Shown here: positions 1 to 8,123 of the stretch, in pieces | Numbering within the stretch: the first letter of the stretch is position 1 | How the letters are laid out: each line of letters starts with the position of its first letter | From: a virus | Virus record (IMG/VR): IMGVR_UViG_3300008267_000030 | Coordinates: 1-64,000 of that record | Strand: one strand, 5' to 3' | Length of the DNA stretch: 64,000 nt | Made by a program: the position numbers and the translations under genes | The notes under the pieces: model-generated | Told to the model about the DNA's origin: nothing | What the model saw: only the letters and a program-made list of their open reading frames with translations | Database searches by the model: none

Positions 1-153
1 ACACCTGACTACATCCGACGCAATGCAGGCAGGGCAGGCGGCAGCCCTCCGCTCTTCCTTACCTGCTCTGTGCATCGGTCATCCATCGCTTCGCACGCAC
101 GCTATATATAGGGGAAATCCGGCCTGCTCAAACCTTACATGATTTGATGTAAG

Positions 154-208
154 ATTTCCTGCAATATCGTTGCAAGAAATATGCATGACTCTGCTGTATC
201 TTGCGCCC
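154..208 (+). promoter_or_regulatory. Putative first early promoter with palindromic operator-like site
   Basis: Palindrome TGCAAT-atc-GTTGCA (160-174, extendable to 154-180), then TATCTTGCGCCC (197-208), a variant of the Bacteroidota -7 element TAnnTTTG. A similar arrangement occurs at 3313-3356. Confidence 0.55.
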
Positions 209-254
209 ATCGGGCGGCAGGTCGCAGCCCACTAACCAAAAAACCTAAATACCT

Positions 255-647
255 ATGTCAGAACAAGTTAAGACAATCGAATTTGCAGGAAAGCAAGTCG
301 AAACAATTGATTGCACACCTACATGGAGGTGGGCGATGTCCGTTTATATCCTTGCAATCGCTCAGAAAGGCATGAATGCCAAAGATGCGATAGCAGACCT
401 TGAGCGTCTCGCTGATAATGTTGACGCAAAGCATAAGCAGGAAATGGAGGAGATTAAGAAACTGCAGACCATGGCCGACAATCAGGAGCGGCTGCTGCTT
501 AATCTGCGTGAGATTGCTGAGCGCAAGAGGCTGACATTCTCCAATAATGCCCTCTACGATTACGAGCGTGCCAAGTTCATCGGCATGATTGAAGCCATGC
601 GCACTCTGGGGATGGATGTCGAACCTTACAATTGGATTAACCTATGA
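255..647 (+). CDS. Hypothetical early protein, coiled-coil
   Basis: 130-aa ORF with an A-rich leader, first gene after the putative promoter. Confidence 0.75.
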   Translation: MSEQVKTIEFAGKQVETIDCTPTWRWAMSVYILAIAQKGMNAKDAIADLERLADNVDAKHKQEMEEIKKLQTMADNQERLLLNLREIAERKRLTFSNNALYDYERAKFIGMIEAMRTLGMDVEPYNWINL

Positions 648-751
648 AAGCCATCCGCAAATTTCTGAGCATTCCCGATTTCGATGTTATGCTCATCACC
701 TTGTTTTTTACCATCTGTTTCATCCTTCTAACCATTCAAATTTTCTCATGA
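644..751 (+). CDS. 35-aa single-TM peptide (not in ORF track)
   Basis: MKAIRKFLSIPDFDVMLITLFFTICFILLTIQIFS*; ATGA overlaps at both ends. Confidence 0.65.
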   Translation: MKAIRKFLSIPDFDVMLITLFFTICFILLTIQIFS

Positions 752-981
752 AAACCAACCTCACACCTTCGCCGCTGCGCCGTCTGATGACGGCCTGCGG
801 CCTTTTCGCTGCTCTGCCGTTCACGCTGCTGCTGACGGCCATCATTGCGTTCAGATTTCTCTGCTTTGTCCATGCTCCATTCGGATGCATGGAAACACCT
901 TACTACATCGTTTGCTTTGTTGGCAGCATTGCCATCATCTGCTTTGCGACTGCATCATATAGCCACATCTTCGAAGACTAA
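748..981 (+). CDS. Small two-TM membrane protein
   Basis: Internal ATG (MKTNLTP...) coupled to the upstream stop; two hydrophobic stretches. Confidence 0.65.
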   Translation: MKTNLTPSPLRRLMTACGLFAALPFTLLLTAIIAFRFLCFVHAPFGCMETPYYIVCFVGSIAIICFATASYSHIFED

Positions 982-982
982 T

Positions 983-1123
983 ATGCAGGTTCTTAACTCT
1001 CTCAAATCATGGGCAGGTCGGGCAATTACCGACCTGTTCATTTGCTTTATCATCTGCGCAGGTTTTCTCGGATTGTTCTCCGTGATTGCCTTCGCTGAAT
1101 TTCTCATTGACTTAATTTTCTAA
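983..1123 (+). CDS. 46-aa single-TM protein
   Basis: MQVLNSLK...LFICFIICAGFLGLFSVIAFAEFLIDLIF; starts 1 nt after the previous stop. Confidence 0.6.
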   Translation: MQVLNSLKSWAGRAITDLFICFIICAGFLGLFSVIAFAEFLIDLIF

Positions 1124-1143
1124 CCAACTAATTTCTTACCATT

Positions 1144-1350
1144 ATGTTACCCATGTATCTTATTGTCCTCGATTTTAACACCGGAATGGCCATCCAGTAC
1201 ACCATCACTCCGGAGCATCAAGCCATGGATGCCGATGAACTGCTGACTGCTCTCGGCCATCGGGAAAAGGACTGCCATTGGATGTTCGGCTCTGAACCGA
1301 TTGAAGAGCGTGATGCCGCTGATTATGATGACGGAATCCGTGAAATCTAA
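1144..1350 (+). CDS. Hypothetical protein
   Basis: 68-aa ORF with the TAACCAACTAA leader motif. Confidence 0.7.
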   Translation: MLPMYLIVLDFNTGMAIQYTITPEHQAMDADELLTALGHREKDCHWMFGSEPIEERDAADYDDGIREI

Positions 1351-1354
1351 GACC

Positions 1355-1807
1355 ATGCAACAACTGATTGATTTCATGCCTCCATCCGGTGTTGAAGTTA
1401 TCCCTGCCCATTATCGGGCAGGGAATACTGCTTTGACCTCTCCGCAATTGTGTGAGACCTTCCTGCGCTCCGTATGGCCTTCAATCGAATGCCGTGAGTC
1501 TTTCTATGCCGTATTTCTCAACCAATCGCTGAAGCCTATGTCATACGCTAAAATTGCGGATGGCGGAATTTCTTCGGTATTGGTCGATGTCCGGATTCTG
1601 TTCAAATACGCAGTTGATAGCATGGCCTCCGGCATGGTCATCGCTCACAACCATCCGAGCGGAAAATTTGAGGCATCCATGCATGACGAAAAACTTACCA
1701 ACAAAATCAAATTGGGATGCGAGATTTTAGAGTTTCGCCTCCTTGACCACATCATTTTAATGCCGGAATCCGGCTTCTATTCCTTCGCTGAGAACGGCAG
1801 AGTCTAA
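1355..1807 (+). CDS. radC: RadC-like JAB/MPN domain protein
   Basis: ESFYAVFLN...GGISSVLVDVR...IAHNHPSG...S-x-HD...LLDHII motifs; start taken at ATG 1355. Confidence 0.93.
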   Translation: MQQLIDFMPPSGVEVIPAHYRAGNTALTSPQLCETFLRSVWPSIECRESFYAVFLNQSLKPMSYAKIADGGISSVLVDVRILFKYAVDSMASGMVIAHNHPSGKFEASMHDEKLTNKIKLGCEILEFRLLDHIILMPESGFYSFAENGRV

Positions 1808-1812
1808 CCTCA

Positions 1813-1862
1813 TCCGGATGCCGATAGGCGGGCATTGGGTTCGATTCCCACATCCGGAGCAA
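1813..1862 (+). ncRNA. tRNA-like minihelix (acceptor stem + T-arm, no anticodon arm)
   Basis: TCCGGAT (1813-1819) pairs with ATCCGGA (1852-1858); T-arm TGGG-TTCGATT-CCCA; 3' end GCAA. Confidence 0.6.
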
Positions 1863-1895
1863 TGCATTAACGCAGATTCCAAACCAATTAAACAC

Positions 1896-2210
1896 ATGAG
1901 AAAAAGCACTGTTCTTTTTTCCTTCCTTCTCTGCTTCGGTCATGCCGTTGCAGGGCAGAATTTTATGCTGAAAAGACCCGGCACATCATCCGCCAGGCAC
2001 AAACAAATTGACCTGCGCATCCGTGAGGAACGCAGAGAAACGGCCATCAATTGCTTCTACTTGTCCGCTTTGGTGGCCGGCATCGTTCTGCCTCGTTTGT
2101 ATCCGGATAACCCCAAAATTCACATGGGCATTCCTGCAAGTATCGCAGTAAGTACCATGACTTACGCTTTTTATATTGACAACAGAAAACCAAACAAATT
2201 CAGAAAATGA
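1896..2210 (+). CDS. Membrane/exported protein
   Basis: ATG follows AAACCAATTAAACAC; signal-peptide-like N-terminus (MRKSTVLFSFLLCFGHAVAG) and two hydrophobic segments. Confidence 0.7.
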   Translation: MRKSTVLFSFLLCFGHAVAGQNFMLKRPGTSSARHKQIDLRIREERRETAINCFYLSALVAGIVLPRLYPDNPKIHMGIPASIAVSTMTYAFYIDNRKPNKFRK

Positions 2211-2437
2211 GAACTACAATCGAAAGCGACCTCCGTGTATTCATGGTGGTAACAAGAGAAGGCAAAACTGCATTCTGCAATATCGAAGACTTAAACCAAG
2301 TTGTGAAGGAATTGAAATGCCGTGAGGGTTATTTCGCCATCTATGACATTTGGAACAACAAGCCAAAAAAGGTAAGTCAGAAAAACCTTACTGCATTCTT
2401 TGAGGGCGCAGGATTAAAGCAGGAATTTTTTTATTAA
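2207..2437 (+). CDS. Hypothetical protein
   Basis: 76-aa ORF, ATGA coupling. Confidence 0.7.
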   Translation: MRTTIESDLRVFMVVTREGKTAFCNIEDLNQVVKELKCREGYFAIYDIWNNKPKKVSQKNLTAFFEGAGLKQEFFY

Positions 2438-2451
2438 ACCAATTTACAGAC

Positions 2452-2784
2452 ATGACTATTATCACGAATTTCGACATGACAAGAAAGAGCAGGGTTTTCC
2501 CCTGCTCTGCAGGATGGAAAGCAGAATTGTACGCTGAACACATTTGTCCGGAATCCTGCACTCTGGTAGATGAAACCATTGACGGCAGGACATTCCGCAC
2601 GATGTTAGAGGCAGAAACATGGGCGAGAGGAATCTGCCTGCAGAAGCCGGACAAAAGCAGGCATCCATTACTTGAAAAGGTAAACAAGTTCAGAGAAGTA
2701 GCGGAGGACATTGCGAACGATTTCGCCCTGCCTGCTGAGTCTGCAGACCACATTACCGAGACTTTACTTAAACGCTTTTGCTGA
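2452..2784 (+). CDS. Hypothetical protein
   Basis: 110-aa ORF with the AACCAATT leader. Confidence 0.7.
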   Translation: MTIITNFDMTRKSRVFPCSAGWKAELYAEHICPESCTLVDETIDGRTFRTMLEAETWARGICLQKPDKSRHPLLEKVNKFREVAEDIANDFALPAESADHITETLLKRFC

Positions 2785-2785
2785 T

Positions 2786-2992
2786 ATGAGACCGACCGAC
2801 ATCATCCACATCCGAGTAACATTCGAGGACGAATTTTCCGGAGCGACCTTAGTGAAAGAAGTATCCCGAAGCATGGAGACATTTGTCTCTATGCAGGCGA
2901 GTATCGGGCAGATTGTCCGCAGGTTTGAGAACGGCATCTCATGGGCATGGCGAGTAATCAAAATTGAGCATATTGGACATGGAGCAGACTAA
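2786..2992 (+). CDS. Hypothetical protein
   Basis: Internal ATG (MRPTDIIH...) 1 nt after the previous stop. Confidence 0.6.
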   Translation: MRPTDIIHIRVTFEDEFSGATLVKEVSRSMETFVSMQASIGQIVRRFENGISWAWRVIKIEHIGHGAD

Positions 2993-3254
2993 GCATCAGA
3001 AGTACGGCCAATACCCTCACGGGTTGAAGGCATACACGCACACCAAGAGCGTTATCTATGACCTGATGATGTACAACATCGAACAACAAAAGTTAGGCGA
3101 TTCTACCCTGCTTTCTGACGATTTTGTGGCAGGTATCGCAATGGAGTTTGAGAGGCTGAACTTTCGGCAGAAATGGAAGCCGGATTCCGAAGCATGGGAA
3201 GACCATCTTGTTGGGTTTTGCGAGATCAAGACAAAGCAGCACTTGAAAGCATGA
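2979..3254 (+). CDS. Hypothetical protein, likely paralog of the C-terminal domain of 4017..4529
   Basis: YPHG...EFERLN...W...WED pattern; last gene before the terminator. Confidence 0.65.
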   Translation: MEQTKHQKYGQYPHGLKAYTHTKSVIYDLMMYNIEQQKLGDSTLLSDDFVAGIAMEFERLNFRQKWKPDSEAWEDHLVGFCEIKTKQHLKA

Positions 3255-3274
3255 GTACTGCGGGCAGGTTAAAG

Positions 3275-3301
3275 ATAGGGGAGCAATCCCCTATTTTTTT
3301 T
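3275..3301 (+). terminator. Intrinsic terminator
   Basis: ATAGGGGA-GCAA-TCCCCTAT stem with GNRA loop, then a T-tract. Confidence 0.9.
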
Positions 3302-3312
3302 GCAGAAATTAT

Positions 3313-3356
3313 TGCAATCATATTGCAGTCTCAAATAATCCTTTAATATTGCGCCC
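3313..3356 (+). promoter_or_regulatory. Putative second early promoter with palindromic operator-like site
   Basis: TGCAAT-cat-ATTGCA (3313-3327) and TAATATTGCGCCC (3344-3356), directly after the terminator. Confidence 0.6.
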
Positions 3357-3377
3357 TTAAACCAATTAAATATTTAC

Positions 3378-4013
3378 ATGATTAACTTACAGAAAAACAA
3401 GTGCGGAGGGCAGGATGCCCATTCTGCGCTAATTTATGACCTAAAGGCAGTATTAGCCAAGCATCAGGAAATTCCGGATTGGGTTGATTCCCTTGCGGAA
3501 AAAATAATGACAGAACCCAAGAGAGTAAAGTTTGATGGAGTTAAGGTAATCCAGCAGATGGCTGAGGAAGATGTAATTTTGCAAGACCTTGAAAACCACA
3601 ACGAGATACTCAAGCAGCAATTTGAGCATGAGTGCCATCAGTATTATCTTAACCTAAATGAGCAGTTGTCCCCACTCGGTAAGGTGCTTGTATTATTCCG
3701 TAGAAACCATGAACTGCAGGGGCAGAACGAATGTCATTATGGAATGAGCGGAACGCATTGCAGGATTATTGTAATGACTCAGAGGAGCCGGATTCTTATT
3801 GATTGCCTTACCGATTCTGAGCGAGTAACGCTTCCATATTCAAAGCGTGATTGGTTTTTCAGAAAAAATGGCAAGTATTTCTGTTTATCTTATCTCAATC
3901 ACAGATTGCCATGTTACAGAGAACTAAAACCTAATGTTAATAAGTTTGAGTCAATTCAAGAATTGCTTGACTCTACCCATTTTACTGAAATGCTTCATTA
4001 CATTATCCGCTAA
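3378..4013 (+). CDS. Hypothetical protein
   Basis: 211-aa ORF with the AACCAATTAAA leader. Confidence 0.75.
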   Translation: MINLQKNKCGGQDAHSALIYDLKAVLAKHQEIPDWVDSLAEKIMTEPKRVKFDGVKVIQQMAEEDVILQDLENHNEILKQQFEHECHQYYLNLNEQLSPLGKVLVLFRRNHELQGQNECHYGMSGTHCRIIVMTQRSRILIDCLTDSERVTLPYSKRDWFFRKNGKYFCLSYLNHRLPCYRELKPNVNKFESIQELLDSTHFTEMLHYIIR

Positions 4014-4016
4014 ATA

Positions 4017-4529
4017 ATGCTTATCCAAAATGAACCAAATCAAATGGCTTCCGTCTGGGTTGACGGCAGTTTTTTGTGCGTGATTGAGCCTACGCATAAT
4101 GCGCTCCCTACGCTTACTGATGCCCTGCAGGATAAGTATCCTAATGCGATTGAGGTCATTGTCTATGGCCGTGATTTCAAAGCCGAGTGTGAGAAAATTG
4201 GCATCATCGCAAAGGTGGTATATCAGTACCAATCCGAGGCCATTGAGATTGAACTGACATGGATAACCAACCGGAGCAACCGATTCCCTAACGGATTTGA
4301 TTCTTGGCAAGAGACGCATTGCGAAATATGCTTTGCCATCGGCATCGAAGCCAACAAGGAAGACTCTTCCGGAGTAGTTGAAGATGTGCGTGAAGCCGAC
4401 GGCATGGGCGGACTATGGGAACTTGCCAAAGACCTGACAGATGCTTTTGAGAAGGCCAACGAGGGCAGGCAATGGGATGGCGAATGGATAGACGAGATAG
4501 ATGCTTACATACAATCAAAACTTAAATAA
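4017..4529 (+). CDS. Two-domain hypothetical protein
   Basis: 170 aa; C-terminal half FPNGFDSWQETH...LWELAKDLTDAFE...W...W. Confidence 0.75.
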   Translation: MLIQNEPNQMASVWVDGSFLCVIEPTHNALPTLTDALQDKYPNAIEVIVYGRDFKAECEKIGIIAKVVYQYQSEAIEIELTWITNRSNRFPNGFDSWQETHCEICFAIGIEANKEDSSGVVEDVREADGMGGLWELAKDLTDAFEKANEGRQWDGEWIDEIDAYIQSKLK

Positions 4530-4533
4530 TACC

Positions 4534-4992
4534 ATGAACAAGAACATAACACCGATGCAGATTCTTGAAGAACTGCACGATCTAAATGACCGGTTTGGCG
4601 AAATGGGATTTCCGGTTTCAGTCTTTGTGAACGGAGACCGGTATCCGGTTCAGAGCATTGATACATTCTACAACTATGACGAGCGCAGGAAGCGCACGGG
4701 AGTGCATAGCATGGACATCAACGCAGAGGTTAAGGTAATGCTCAACTCATTCCCGACATCGCAGCACAGCCTCATTGAAGCAGCAAGGAAGGTGCTTACG
4801 GATGCAGGCTATTATGTGGACAACCTTTGGCATATCGAAGATGTAACGAGCCGCTACAAATGCGATGAAACAACGGCCATGGCCATGCTTGACTCCGCCC
4901 TGACCCATAGTTGGATTGTTGAGAAAATCAACGAAACAATTGACGAAATGGCCAACGAGGATGAAATCGAAAGAAAAGACGATGATGAGTAA
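4534..4992 (+). CDS. Hypothetical protein
   Basis: ATG 4534 just after the previous stop; contains NLWHIEDV. Confidence 0.7.
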   Translation: MNKNITPMQILEELHDLNDRFGEMGFPVSVFVNGDRYPVQSIDTFYNYDERRKRTGVHSMDINAEVKVMLNSFPTSQHSLIEAARKVLTDAGYYVDNLWHIEDVTSRYKCDETTAMAMLDSALTHSWIVEKINETIDEMANEDEIERKDDDE

Positions 4993-5290
4993 GCCAGGCA
5001 TTTTAGCGAAGACCCACGCAATCCATCTGCATACCGGAACGAATGCAGATGGCCGCATCCGGAAGGAGTACATGGTAGTTGTACTTGACAAAGAGCCGGA
5101 AAGCCCGCAGGCATTGTTTGCAAAACTGCTCAGCGAAGCCAAGTCTGTATCATACTTTCACAGATTTTCATCACACGGTCTTGAGTCAGGTAGCCATTGC
5201 GTTTACCATGTTACTGCCGTGTATCCATCCCGTGAGGAACAAGTCGAAGAATACATTTACGGAGACCAAAGCGATGACTACAATGACTGA
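4982..5290 (+). CDS. Hypothetical protein
   Basis: Internal ATG overlapping the upstream gene end. Confidence 0.6.
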   Translation: MMSKPGILAKTHAIHLHTGTNADGRIRKEYMVVVLDKEPESPQALFAKLLSEAKSVSYFHRFSSHGLESGSHCVYHVTAVYPSREEQVEEYIYGDQSDDYND

Positions 5291-5600
5291 GAAATATTCA
5301 TGGGGTTTAGTCTGGGCAGACCTTGATTTCAAGACCTACAAGACCACGCATCCGATTCTGTCCGGCAGGGTAACACCTGCACGGGCAGGCAGGATTAAGC
5401 AGCACTTTGAGCGCATCAATGCTGACCTATCTGCGCCATACGGAGTATCTCCGAATGGGTATGCATATACCTGCGGATGCGAACACGATTGCTGCGGATG
5501 CCTTGTCCGGCAGCGGTACAAGGTTCTGTTTCAGCAGACCGATTTCGGTTCAGACGAGTACGATGTTCATTTGGAATTTAAGGAAACTTACAACTACTAA
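5283..5600 (+). CDS. Cys-cluster (CGCEHDCCGC) protein, putatively metal-binding
   Basis: Motif visible in the translation; start could be 5274. Confidence 0.7.
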   Translation: MTEKYSWGLVWADLDFKTYKTTHPILSGRVTPARAGRIKQHFERINADLSAPYGVSPNGYAYTCGCEHDCCGCLVRQRYKVLFQQTDFGSDEYDVHLEFKETYNY

Positions 5601-5644
5601 GCACGATGGTCGCAGGCGGGGTTCGACTCCCTGCCGTGCTGCAA
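5600..5644 (+). ncRNA. tRNA-like minihelix (acceptor stem + T-arm, no anticodon arm)
   Basis: AGCACG (5600-5605) pairs with CGTGCT (5635-5640); T-arm CGGGG-TTCGACT-CCCTG; D-loop-like TGGT; 3' end GCAA. Confidence 0.6.
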
Positions 5645-5685
5645 TGCGGGATATTCCGCAGATACTTAAACCAATTATTAAACAC

Positions 5686-5940
5686 ATGGAAATTGTGAAT
5701 TATTCCGAAAAGGCGATAGCCGTAATCGGAGAGACCCGTCCGCACTCCGATGCTCTGAAGGGCATGGGAGGCCGCTTTAACCGCTATCTTAAATGCGGTG
5801 CTGGCTGGATATTCAGCCAAAAGAAACGAGCCGAGGTAGAGGCATTCATTGCCAAGGCCGGAGCCGGATCATCGGAACCTGCCGACAGAGGCATGGCGAG
5901 TTATATTGATGCGCAACTTGAAGCCGGATACAACAGATGA
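5686..5940 (+). CDS. Small conserved phage protein (YSEKAIAV-G...GGRFN...GAGWIF family)
   Basis: ATG after AACCAATTATTAAACAC; motif pattern familiar from phage/MGE proteins. Confidence 0.75.
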   Translation: MEIVNYSEKAIAVIGETRPHSDALKGMGGRFNRYLKCGAGWIFSQKKRAEVEAFIAKAGAGSSEPADRGMASYIDAQLEAGYNR

Positions 5941-6353
5941 GAACCTGCGAGATAACCAACGAGGTACTTACCCACGAAGGGTTTGTAATCTATGATGGCG
6001 AGATGTATGCCGCCACCGAGGAAGCCGCTGAGCAGATTGCTAAAGATGCGGGTTATGAATCCTGGGCAGAGATGCACCAAGAAAATCCGGATACCTGCTA
6101 TTGGACTGAATGGGACGATTGCGAGGATTGGTTTGATGGCCAATTTGAGGAGGGTGTGGATTACCTGCCCGTGTATCATGACCAACTCGAACTTGATGAC
6201 GATATGATTACCATTTACCGGTTCTGCCCATTCCGCCTTGTGCCATCAGTAATGGCGGAGGAGTTTGGAGACCGGATGGTAAGCCTTGGCAGATGGTCAT
6301 CGTACTGCGTTCCTCAGTTATGTACTCAACCAATTCAATTTATACTGCCATGA
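5937..6353 (+). CDS. Acidic hypothetical protein (YWTEW motif)
   Basis: 138-aa ORF, ATGA coupling. Confidence 0.7.
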   Translation: MRTCEITNEVLTHEGFVIYDGEMYAATEEAAEQIAKDAGYESWAEMHQENPDTCYWTEWDDCEDWFDGQFEEGVDYLPVYHDQLELDDDMITIYRFCPFRLVPSVMAEEFGDRMVSLGRWSSYCVPQLCTQPIQFILP

Positions 6354-6658
6354 TTAAAGATTGGAGAAAATACAATCACTACGCTTTGTCAACTGCATCA
6401 ATGGAGGAATCCATTGGTGCAGCCATAGCAACCAAGTCTCCTGATTTTACCGAAGGCCACAAGACTCTGGAGAAGTTCTTGGATGCCTTTGTAACTGCCC
6501 TGCAGGAGCATTACGATTGCACCCTTGATGTCATTGACCATGATTTGCTCAAGGATGACATGAGATACACCCGAACCATTCGTGTCTTGGTGCATGGATA
6601 TGGGGAGGGCAATGAGTACTACGAGAACATTTTATTAACCCCTTTATTTATTTACTGA
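6350..6658 (+). CDS. Hypothetical protein
   Basis: ATGA coupling, AACCAATT leader. Confidence 0.7.
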   Translation: MIKDWRKYNHYALSTASMEESIGAAIATKSPDFTEGHKTLEKFLDAFVTALQEHYDCTLDVIDHDLLKDDMRYTRTIRVLVHGYGEGNEYYENILLTPLFIY

Positions 6659-6659
6659 T

Positions 6660-7076
6660 ATGGAAGTATTTGGAGAATTTGAATGGCCGGAGGATTTCCA
6701 ATGGCCTGACTCGCATTCCGAGTCTATGATTTACATGGGTCTTGTTCATGACTATGGGCAGATGGCAATGTGCGGAATTGAACTCCGGTACAAGGAGGAG
6801 GAATACGCTGCATCCAAGGCCGATTTGTTAGCCAAAGGCATGAATGTTTGCCTTGAGGACATCTTGTTTAATATCGTCAAAATGGGTAACTTATGGGAAA
6901 TTTATGACGAGGAAAACGAGGAAACGCTGGAAATGCTTAGCCTTGAACAAATGAAGCAGAACATCCGTAAGATGCCTGCAAAATGGTGGATGCAATTTGT
7001 TGAGGGCAGAGACGATTCTGAGACGGCCAATGTTGCACTTCAATGCGCTTTTTTTGGCGATATAGTTTATGGATAA
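6660..7076 (+). CDS. Hypothetical protein with C-terminal D..TA...LQ...FG.IVYG motif
   Basis: 138-aa ORF; C-terminal motif resembles a recurrent phage family. Confidence 0.75.
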   Translation: MEVFGEFEWPEDFQWPDSHSESMIYMGLVHDYGQMAMCGIELRYKEEEYAASKADLLAKGMNVCLEDILFNIVKMGNLWEIYDEENEETLEMLSLEQMKQNIRKMPAKWWMQFVEGRDDSETANVALQCAFFGDIVYG

Positions 7077-7380
7077 TTCATTTGATTGGAAATCCATTTT
7101 TGAGAGCGATAGTGTCCTTCGGGTAAGCAATTATCCGGAGGACATCCTCCAACTCGCAGGAGACATCCGGATTATGCCGTCGGTCAATGCCAGGGCGATT
7201 GATATTATCCTTTTGGAGATTGAGCGTGATAATGATCCGATTGAACTTCTTCGTGGGTTGTTATCTGTTGACCTGCCTGCACACGGCATGGGTACACTAC
7301 TAAAATTATCTTCTGCTCGGAGTAAACCTCTGGCCGAGTTAGCGAAGATGGAACTTACCATCAGAGGGCATTTAAACTAA
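7069..7380 (+). CDS. Hypothetical protein
   Basis: 103-aa ORF tiling the operon. Confidence 0.65.
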   Translation: MDNSFDWKSIFESDSVLRVSNYPEDILQLAGDIRIMPSVNARAIDIILLEIERDNDPIELLRGLLSVDLPAHGMGTLLKLSSARSKPLAELAKMELTIRGHLN

Positions 7381-7394
7381 AATTCTTTATCTCT

Positions 7395-7760
7395 ATGATT
7401 CCAGTATTTGTCGAAGCAGCAATCTCCGAACTGCAGGCCATGTGGCCGGAAGGAGAACATTTTCCAACCATGGATTGGGATGGAAGCGGTTATCGTTTGA
7501 AGGGCAAACGGCACTATTACCGCAGGGGCAAATGCCCGCTTGAATTGTATCGGGATGAAATCAAACACCGGATTGCAGAGTTTAGCCGCTTGTGCGAAGA
7601 CGATTCGTTTGTACCGGTATCCCCGTTTGACAAAATTCTGAATTGGTACAAATCTGATTGGTCAAGATATAGCGTGGCATTTGAGGCCATAACCAATGCT
7701 GAGCAGGATTACAAGTATAGTCAAATCATAAAAAAGCACAGAAGTGAAGGTGGTTGTTGA
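7395..7760 (+). CDS. Hypothetical protein
   Basis: 121-aa ORF tiling the operon. Confidence 0.65.
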   Translation: MIPVFVEAAISELQAMWPEGEHFPTMDWDGSGYRLKGKRHYYRRGKCPLELYRDEIKHRIAEFSRLCEDDSFVPVSPFDKILNWYKSDWSRYSVAFEAITNAEQDYKYSQIIKKHRSEGGC

Positions 7761-7941
7761 TTTGATTTGGGGCGGGCTGATTATATCAGCCTGCACCCTT
7801 GTTGTTGCTGCAATGATTTATCATGAAGGGCAGTTTATCAGCATAGCCATTTTGCTTGGAGGTTTGGCGGCTTCGATTAGTATGACAGAGCAGTACCATT
7901 ACCGCAAGCGCAGGGATTTTTACGATAAATTCAAACGCTGA
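7744..7941 (+). CDS. Small two-TM membrane protein
   Basis: Two hydrophobic helices and a basic tail; GTG start. Confidence 0.6.
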   Translation: MKVVVDLIWGGLIISACTLVVAAMIYHEGQFISIAILLGGLAASISMTEQYHYRKRRDFYDKFKR

Positions 7942-8123
7942 TGGAGTACGCAATCATTTTGTTCTGCACTTGCCTTGCAGGAATGGGCATCTTCCGAAAG
8001 GCCGCTGAGATTTTTGACAGAGCGGACAACTTCTGGGATCGAATGGTCGGAGTTACCGGCCTTATGTTTATTATGTTGGCCATGGTGGCCTTTGGTTTTG
8101 TAACAATGTTTTTAATATCATGA
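7941..8123 (+). CDS. Small two-TM membrane protein
   Basis: Two hydrophobic helices; TGATG and ATGA couplings. Confidence 0.65.
   Translation: MEYAIILFCTCLAGMGIFRKAAEIFDRADNFWDRMVGVTGLMFIMLAMVAFGFVTMFLIS

Noticed and set aside
1813-5644. Calling the two GGTTCGA elements tRNA genes or attP sites
   Set aside because: They lack D and anticodon arms and CCA. Each has its own matching 5' acceptor strand, which a simple att duplication would not need, and no integrase is visible.
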